Shown here: positions 55,370 through 64,000 of the stretch, piece after piece | Numbering within the stretch: the stretch's first letter is position 1 | How the letters are laid out: each line of letters starts with the position of its first letter | Source: Auanema rhodensis | Lineage: Eukaryota > Animalia > Nematoda | Assembly: GCA_964057225.1 (NCBI GenBank) | Contig: OZ059895.1 | Location: 17,794,001-17,858,000, forward strand | Reading direction: 5' to 3' | DNA: 64,000 nucleotides | Position numbers and translations under genes: made by a program | The notes under the pieces: generated by a model | What the model was told of the DNA's origin: nothing | The model's input: the letters and a program-made list of their open reading frames with translations, nothing else | The model's database searches: none

Positions 55370-55682
55370 AAGGAAGGGAAGATTGAGAAAAAAAAGAGAA
55401 AGAGAGAGGGAGGGATAGAGGGACGGTAAATGTAAAACAGGAGAGGTAGAAAGGCAAAAAGAGATATCGAAGCGGTTAATGGCCAGTGAAACGATTCATA
55501 CAGCAGTTAAAACAAAGATATAGGAAGTCTTCCATGTCTTGTCATTTCGAAAAAAAGAAAAACTTAAGAAACAAAAGACATTCATGTCATTAGCTATTAT
55601 TCAGATAGTATGTATTCAGTGATAAAACATTACGAGGAATAACATTGCTATTGTCTTTGTATCTCTTTACATGTTCATGTTT

Positions 55683-55693
55683 CTCCCTCTCTC

Positions 55694-55737
<44 letters not shown>

Positions 55738-55752
55738 TCTCTCTTTCTCTTT
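55683..55752 (+). repeat. (CT)n microsatellite
   Basis: Visible CT run. Confidence 0.9.
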
Positions 55753-57494
55753 CCATACAGATTCATCTCTCTTTTTCTAACCCTCTAGCTCTCTCTTCAA
55801 AAGAATTTACCTCTTCACTTCGAAGCCAAGCAACCATGTGTTTCAGCAATGACCAGCAGGTGAAGAACATATTTTCACAAAATCACATTTTTCAAACATC
55901 GAATACGAATTATAAAAGTTACATCTCAACAGAATATAACTGTTTAGCCGTATCTATATCAATCAGTTTTCCGCTAAAGCTGCAAGACAGCACGAGGACA
56001 ACGGAGACGACTACGACAACTACGATGATGCCGTATCGAAACATCATTCCAATCATCTGAATCTGCAAAGGAAGCACACAAAAAAATAATTTTCCAGTTA
56101 TGATGTTGATGACGATGACATCTCTATAGATAAAATTTGGTTGAATACTATTTTTGAACAGAAAAGAAAAATTTGAGTGTTGCATGGGCATGTTCTGGCT
56201 GATGAACTGACTGATTTTCAAATACATTTATATACATGTTTCAATTTTTTTTACGTTTATGCTTCAATACAAATCCGTGACAACGAGCTAGTTCTACGAA
56301 AATTGCAAGTTTTTCAAAAACCGTTTCCTCTAAACCATGCACGTATGATGATATATCTGAGACAATGATATAGAAAATGCTGGTAAAGTTTTTGGATAGG
56401 AAAAACATACAAACCTGCTATAATGGGATAAGCTCAAAGAAGAAGCAGACACGATCGTGAGATCATGCTGCCCTGGTTTGTTGGGAGCACTTCAACTGTT
56501 GCAAATAGGGTTCAACTTCCTGGTTTCATCCAGATTTTTATACTGATATATGTATTTGAATGAAAAACATTTGCATTTGGCAGTAACCATAATTAAAATG
56601 TCTTAGGCTTGAAAATGAAATTAAAATGGTAAAAAAATCATAGGTTTTCATTTTTGCCCAAATGTCAATTTCTTTTTTTTTGGAGAAATTGAACGAAAAC
56701 ATTCCCCAAATTTCTAGGGATAAAATATGTATAGTTTCAAATATAACATATAATGAAGTTAATATGAATAAGTTGGAAAAAAAGTTGCTAACGTAGTCCA
56801 GATGTTAAGGAAAACTAGACTTGAGACGTCATCAAGGTATGAGGTAATTAAACATGTCATTCCTCCTTTCGTTCAGCCTCCATCATCATTGCAACAATTA
56901 ACCACAATGACCGGGATGTGTCCATGTATCTTGGAAGATCTTGTGAATCTGATTGTTTGTTTCCGAAAAATCTTTTCTACAACTTTATGAACTTAAGTTC
57001 AAATGAAGTTCAGTGAAGTTACTTACAACGTGCAACCTAAGTTAATGAACTAAGCATCACCGTTCATAATACCAAAAAAATTGCATGATCACAGACACAG
57101 AAACGGTTTTTTTCATTATTTAAAGCTTAATCTTGTTGGCTGTGCTTCGTTCTTATGAAAAGTGCAAAATGTTTGAAGAAAGCGTGACAAGATTGAATTG
57201 CGCGATGTTCACATTGAAGCATAAAAAAAATAAAAACCCCAAATCCCAGGGACCGTATTTGGCTATTTCAGGTCTTCTAACCATCCATAGCTGGCAAAAA
57301 GTTGGCCCCAGGCGGGTTTCTGTTCCTATCTTCCCACCCAGTCCACACCTGCCGGCTTGATTGGCCAGAAGCCAGGAGGCGGGGTCAAGCGATAGCCTCG
57401 GGGTAGAAAAGGCGCAAAGCTGAGACAATTTCCGTAGCATCCACATACAGCAACAAGGTCTAAGGATTCCTTGCGCATTGCTTAGAATTTGATT

Positions 57495-60400
57495 ATGCAA
57501 CGACTTATCAGTTTACTTCTTCTTGCTTCTCCAGCTTTAGCTTGTATCGGAGGAGGCGGTGGCAGCGGATGTTGTCCACCATCTCAACCAAGCTGCGGAG
57601 GAGGAGTTCCACCATGCTCTAGCTCCAGGTAATCATTACTTTTCATTTAATATCTATATAATTGTTACTTCAATTTCCTTTCTAAACACACTATATTTTA
57701 TTTTTGACTGATTAGTATTTATACAAAAAAATTCAATCATTTAAAGCATTGGCACAACTATTCCAACCTATCTAAGTATGACCGACAATCAGATTATTAT
57801 TATGATAACTAAAATCTCATACTTTATTCAATATCATAATTATTAAATTATTATTTAAATTTCTTTAATAATTTCAATATTTAAATCATTTGAAAATTTC
57901 GATTTTTCAACTCATGCAAATCCAAATTGAAGATCTCTTTAGCAGAACATGTTTTATCTATATCTCCTCCCTCTTACTCTCTCTATCTTTCAACCTTTCG
58001 CTCTCCTTCTCTTCATATATTCTTTGTTTCTTTGCATGTGTTTCTTTAGAATAAGGGACAGTTCTCTTAACAATCCAAAAGATACATAGAAGAGGTGTGA
58101 GGCGAGGAGAAAGCGCCCAAGTTTTATGGGCAAGTCATTCATCCTTTCGTCTTCACTCCTGTTATGGTCAAAGACCGTGCGTCCTCTCTCTCAATATACC
58201 TGATTTCCTCACTCTCTTTATCTATCTATATGGCTTTTCTATGACCATTGAAAATGTTTCGTGATAGAATCGCTAACATTCACACATCATTTACATGAAA
58301 AAATGAAATAAAAATTCTCATGTTTCTATTATCGTCTAAGCTATCATCAATTTTCTTTTATTTCTCTTATCCACCTTTCCTCTTTAACCGCTGACTTCTA
58401 TTATCTGAATACATCATATAATTCTCCTTCCATATCCAAATGAGAATAAATACTCAGCATCTTCCTGACAGAGAAGAAGAAGTATTTTTATCCGGTTTCT
58501 ATTCAAATCGAAACCGTATGTCTTACACAAAATACCGGAGAGAAAACTGCGGTACATCTACTGTCGGAGAGAAGACAGGCAGATGCTGACTGTCTAATGT
58601 GACGAATGTCTTATCGCTTCTCATGCTTATCGAGGCTAAGTGGTTTCAAACGATTCCTCATGATTCAGGTAAAACTGGATAAGGCCAGATGATCAGCAGT
58701 ACTAATTATTGAAATGATTGTCGTCGTATCGTTAGTATTAGACAAATCATCTTCACATCAATGTATTGTTCTTCAGTGCATCTCTTTCTCTAAATATCTG
58801 AATCTCTCTAAATCTCTTCAAATCTCTTTACAATCTCTCAGAAAAAAGAATGCAATACCGTATTCATTTATATGTTTTCCTAGTGTTTTACTCATTGAAA
58901 TCTTGCCAGCATGATGATATGTCATACAGCATCTTATTCATCTTGTTTGAAACATGATTGCTTGCTTGGATTCTTTTTTTTTCCTTCAAATATCCAACAT
59001 CTACACACTGTCGCCGTCTTTTTCTTACCTCATCGCCTCATCTAGTTCATGAATCAGCTTGTGTTGACGGAAAAACGCTCACAAAACAATCTATCTGGCT
59101 AACAGATGATTAAGCCATACAAGCTTGAAAAGCATCCTTTTCTTTTAAACGTCTTTTTTATTCTTTTTCTCTCTTTCTCTCAATTTCCCCCTCTCTCTTT
59201 TGTCCTTTCTATTTTTCTTCCTAACATCATATAGGACGTTTTCATCCGACAGGTTATATAAGACATCAGATAAGAGAAACAGTATTCAATCCAAATCCGG
59301 TTGTTCTCCACATGATTTCACCTGTATCATCAGTTTTCATTAGCCTTTACCGCCATCAGTCAAAATACAGTTTGATGTCATGTATCCTTCACTGACAATG
59401 AAGAAGACCTTGACCAACAAGCATTAGCTTAGAAATAAAAATTGGATCAGGAACACAACTTTTCTTAAACTTTTCTTTCAGCTACGTTTCCGCTGCTCCA
59501 GCCGCCCCATCTTCTGGATATGCTGTTGCTCCAGCTGCCCCTGTTCTTCCAGCCGCTCCATATGTACCACCACCACCACCACCACAGGTTGCTGGTGGTC
59601 CAGTCGGATACGCTCAAGTCGGAGCTGGAGGACCATACGCTGACCCAATTGCTCAAGCTCCAGTTCAAACCTATCCACAACAAGCTCCAGTTCAAACCTA
59701 TCCACAACAAGCTCCAGTTCAAACCTATCCTCAACAAGCCCCTGTTTACGGACCAGGAGCCGGAGGAAGCTATCAACAATCTCCATCCGCCGTCGTTGTC
59801 GGAGCTGACCAAATCCAACAACCATATCAACCAGTACCTGTTGCTGAGCCAGCCCATTCTGCTTACCAACAAGCCCCAGGAGTTGTCGTTACTGAGCAAG
59901 TTGTCCAACAACCAGCTTCAGTTGAGCAATATCAACAAGCTCCAGCCGCCCCAGTTATTGCTCCAATTGCTCCAGTAGCCCCAACCACTATCGAGGTAAG
60001 CATTTATATATTAAATATAAAAACTTTTAAATACAACAAGCATGAACCTTCACTGATGTCGCACTAAAAACCTGTCAATCACAATTTCCTTTCTTTTTTT
60101 TTCACTATCAATCACTAGCATCTTCTTTCACAGACTGTTGTCGTCGAGACAAGAACTTCCACCTCAGCTCCAGTCCCTGTTGTTGAAGTTGTCACTGTTC
60201 CAACTGTTAAGGTTTGTTTTCACTATATTACCTTGTGTAACATTACACATGCATAACACACCGCACTATGAATATATTTAATTAACACTAAACAATTTAC
60301 GAAGCTAAACAAAATTTTACAGGTTGTCCCAGAAGAGACTAAGGTTATTGAAACCATCCAAGTTGTTACTGATGCTCCAGCGGTCCACCCCGAAGAGAAG

Positions 60401-60850
60401 GGTACGACTTTCAAATTTCCAAGAACATTCCTTGACAACTCATCTTTCAGCCGAGTCTACTTACGATGATATCTTGGAAGAGAACACCGCCGCCCCAGCT
60501 GAACACGTCGATACTGTTGCTGAGACCAACGGAGCTACTGAAGACTATGGAGATGAAGAAATCGAAGGAGACGAAGGAAACTGTGATGACGCTGAATTGA
60601 AGGCTATCGTTGAGGCTGCTCTCAATAACGAAAAGGTATCTAATATTTAAATTTATGTCAACTATTGTTATTATGTGCCCAGGATAATCTTGAAGCTGCT
60701 CGCAAGATTGAAGGAGATGCTTCCGGTAAATTCGGAGGACGTTTCAACGCTATCGTTTCTGATGCTGAATTCGCCTACGTCAACTGGTACGGAAAGAGAA
60801 ACTGCCAGCTCCGCGTCAACAACCGTCACTCCCTCACCTGGGAAGACTAA
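57495..60850 (+). CDS. grl-16: Secreted hedgehog-related ground-like (Grl) protein
   Basis: Signal peptide MQRLISLLLLASPALA, then CIGGGGGSGCCPPSQPSC; intron 57629-59481; Pro/Ala/Gln/Tyr-rich middle; C-terminal ground-like domain NCDDAELKAIVE...KFGGRFNAIVSDAEFAYVNWYGKRNCQLRVNNRHSLTWED*. The paralog number is from recall. Confidence 0.85.
59654..59740 (+). repeat. Coding 27-bp tandem repeat x3 (QAPVQTYPQ) in the grl gene
   Basis: caagctccagttcaaacctatcc(a/t)caa repeated three times. Confidence 0.9.
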
Positions 60851-61424
60851 GACAATTAGCCGTTCATAGTTACTAGAGTGACAGAAACATTCACTGAAAA
60901 GATAGCAAACTAGAGTATAAGCTTGAGTTTTATTGCCTCGGGCATAAGACTTAGTTTATGCAATAACCAGCTTTCTTTAATATTTATACAAAATTCCTTC
61001 TATATTATATTTTCTGTTCTTTCTACATGCCACGTGCTTTCCAAATTTTACAGAATTCTTATTTTTTTCAAATTTTACGGAATTCCTACGCTACTTTCAA
61101 ACCCGCTTTCTCAACTATAATTTAAATGTCATCATTATTACTCATATGATTCGCATACGTTACTTGTATGTCTGAGATATATCTAGACCATATATGACAC
61201 AGGTTCTTGATCTTCTCAGGTTGTGTTACCAACATCATCATGAGCCTTGTTTGACCCCTTGTCTGTACATTTATGAAAGATCAACCTCACAATAAAAATG
61301 TTATTATATTTGTCCAAATAACATATATTGGATCTATACTTCGAAATAAATTTTTTCTAAAAATTTCATCTATCAGCTGTACAATAAATAAACACAACGT
61401 CGTTGGTGCATCTTCAAAATGTTA

Positions 61425-61497
61425 CGACCACGGCAGGATTCGAACCTACAATCTTCTGCTCCGTAGGCAGACGCGTTATCCATTGCGCCACGCGGCC
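61425..61497 (-). tRNA. tRNA-Arg (anticodon ACG)
   Basis: Reverse complement is GGCCGCGTGGCGCAATGGATAACGCGTCTGCCT-ACG-GAGCAGAAGATTGTAGGTTCGAATCCTGCCGTGGTCG: 73 nt, A and B boxes, anticodon stem TCTGC/GCAGA, and a TTTT run just downstream. Confidence 0.97.
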
Positions 61498-61684
61498 ACG
61501 ACTTCATACTCCAACACTTGTACTGAGACGTATTATCTAAAGAATGAAAATGAATTTTAGATTTTCAAGGTAATAGTAAAGAAAATTTGATAAATACGGT
61601 ATATAGAAACATACTCGATAACCAGCACAGTGCTTATTTTTTCTGAAACAAATTTTATACAACATGGTTCAATTTTCAGAATGC

Positions 61685-62897
61685 TCAACTTGTTATATGA
61701 ATATTTTTAGCCCAACTTAAAACTGCACTTCGATAATCATAATGACAAAATACAAGAACAATATTATTTCCTAGTCCATGTAAGCTGAGGACCAGCATGT
61801 CCCAATTCAAATCTAAAACAATATCTAGATCTTCAATCATAGCATTTTATGTACCATTTGTATATTCACCAAGAACTATGATAGCTGGTGCAACTAAAAG
61901 AGCAAAAGGTACTGCAGTCTGAAATGTTTAACGTGTACTGCGTAGATTCACAGGAGATACCTGTATTAATAAAGCTCGGAGTAGAGATTTTTGCATAGTT
62001 TTAGTTCTTTCTGAGATGAAATAATTTGGGCTCGAAAAGATTTGGTAGCATAGTAATAAGCAAAAAACATAGACAACTATGAATCCAATAAAAGCTGCAA
62101 AACCAAGAATGAAGAAGATCGAACATCTATCAAGGATAAGAGCAGCTACATCACGCGTTTTAAGAAACATTTCGTATTGTGTTGTACAAAGATTGAACGC
62201 CTAAAAAGCTATTTCTTTGCACTAACTAGTATATCAGAAACACCTCTAAATTTTTAAGTTTCCAATCATAATTGCTAGATATTGTGTATATGCATACTAT
62301 AGCTCCTGCAAGCCATCCATTATACAAAGTAAAAGTGATAAACGAGTCAAGTTTATCATTTAAATGCATAATATGATCAAATGGAAGAATAGCACGAGTT
62401 CTGTAAACTAACATTCTCACGTAAATTCCCATAATTTCTAAGAGAAGAATTATATAACTAAAAATTTCATTGGTTAATTTTATACCAATGATGAATGCCA
62501 CATAAACGGTATAAGCATATTCAGCTGGAATCCCTTTATTAGCTAATATTCCTAATTGTTCGAAACATAAAACATTTGGAAACATTCCAATAGTAAAACA
62601 TACGCCAAATATGAAATCACTACATAAGAAACTAAAAACGGAGTCATATAAAAGAAAAAATATGCTCTTCTGGTATTGCATAGTGAAAGTTTCAACACAA
62701 TTTGTCAAAAAATAATGTTCTTATGCAAAATTCAATAAAAATAAGGCAATAATTTACCATATAAGTTGAAATAGAAGAATATTCTTATACGCATTCATAT
62801 GTTTAGGTGAATATGAATAAACTATGTATATAGTCAGCATAGTTGTAGCAAAGTTAATCATAGATAATACATTTTGAGCAATTATATAAGAAGTCAT
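61685..62897 (-). CDS. Serpentine 7TM chemoreceptor (Srh/Sri-like, Str superfamily)
   Basis: TM1 followed by SPKHMNAYKNILLFQLI, multiple hydrophobic segments, SERTKTMQKSLLRALLIQ|TAVP before TM6, and LSLHGLGNNIVLVFCHYDYR in TM7. ATG 62897; TGA 61685-61687. Confidence 0.8.
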
Positions 62898-63789
62898 ATC
62901 GCCTTTTACTATTGATACACACATACTTAGGAAATGTTAACTGATTTATTTTACAGTTTTGAAAATTAAATATTATTTTACTTTACATGAATATAAAAAT
63001 ATATACTTTTAAGCTGATGAATATTTAAAAGTTTGAGAGTAAATATTAAAATTCATGTAAAGAAATAAAAGAGATATTAAAAAAGTTCTGCAAAACCTTT
63101 GCAGAAGAGGCGGAAAATAATAAAACTACACCATCATCTATATATTACAGAATATCACAACATAAATAAGATGGACAATATGTTATACTCCAATGAGTTT
63201 GTATTAAGGAATTAATTCACTATATTTACGTTGTGTCTGCTTATATTAGCTATTTTTTTGTACATTCCAAATAACAGCAAATTTTGTAATTGGAACTTCT
63301 GAAAAACATTTTGGAATGTCATACAAGTCAGCCAAAAATATTTTTAATTTAATTTTAAAAAAGATTAATGAATACAATTGAATCAAAGTCATGATGATTA
63401 TCAGTGGAGCGCGACTTATTAAGTATTGTTTTCTGTTATAATTTCAATAAAAAGTATAATTAACTGAAATAAACTAAGTATTACAAAACTTGAAAATATG
63501 AAATCGACCCTGTAAAACTAGAAAAAGTGACTGAAATTTGAAAATATCATCATATCAACGAGATATGACACCTTGAACATAAGCCCCCCCCCTAGTGAAC
63601 ATGTATTGCCTTCTGGTTTATATGAAGTAACGACTTTTTACTTTATCATATAGTTACCTTTTATATATAAATGTGGTCAATAGCCGAAAGGATAAGATGA
63701 CAGACTGGCACTCAAACAGTCCAAGATCGAGTCCCACAGGTTGCTGAACAGAACATAAGGTAAGACAGAAGTTATAGAAGCAGCACACC

Positions 63790-64000
63790 GGTACCAGGAC
63801 ACCGGGAACCCTGAGCACCAGGACCCCCGAGCACCAGGACACCGGGAACCCTGAGCACCAGGACCCCCGAGCACCAGGACACCGGGAACCCTGAGCACCA
63901 GGACCCCCGAGCACCAGGAACCCCGAGGACCCCCGAGCACCAGGACCCCCGAGCACCAGGAACCCCGAGGACCCCCGAGCACCAGGACCCCCGAGCACCA
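63790..64000. repeat. GC-rich tandem minisatellite/satellite, truncated by the window edge
   Basis: Units GGACCCCCGAGCACCA (16 bp) and GGACACCGGGAACCCTGAGCACCA (24 bp) alternate, followed by GGAACCCCGA variants. Confidence 0.95.

Noticed and set aside
59465-59978. Long overlapping ORFs (poly-His, poly-Trp, poly-Val)
   Set aside because: They are alternative-frame and antisense shadows of the repetitive grl exon.
63654-63998. Gly/Pro-rich, collagen-looking ORFs
   Set aside because: They are translations of the satellite; the 16- and 40-bp units break the Gly-X-Y frame.
63790-64000. CRISPR-like array
   Set aside because: There are no unique spacers and no cas genes, and the context is eukaryotic.

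Overview
This is AT-rich eukaryotic DNA from a rhabditid-type nematode. The evidence is 37-60 nt introns, TTTCAG/TTTTAG acceptors, a nematode-type tRNA-Arg, and ground-like and serpentine-receptor genes. The ORF track is mostly exon fragments and noise, so I spliced the genes by hand. Left to right: an RCC1-repeat gene (-, runs off the left edge) with an inverted, internally deleted duplicate; an R3H-DExH helicase of the YTHDC2 type (+); a CDK10-like kinase (+); about 14 kb of 5' region holding several candidate alternative first exons of an SLC4 bicarbonate transporter (abts-1-like, +); a probably acatalytic alpha-carbonic anhydrase (+); an ankyrin+SAM protein (ANKS6/mlt-2-like, -); a ground-like protein (grl-16-like, +); tRNA-Arg(ACG) (-); an Srh/Sri-type chemoreceptor (-); and the start of a GC-rich satellite built on an 8-bp unit. 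There is no clearly novel multi-gene system. The best leads are the two-age inverted duplication able to form a ~630-bp hairpin, the SLC4/pseudo-CA pairing, the prion-like insert in the helicase, the alternative SLC4 N-termini, and non-canonical or relaxed splice sites. Gene symbols come from recalled family motifs, not database searches.
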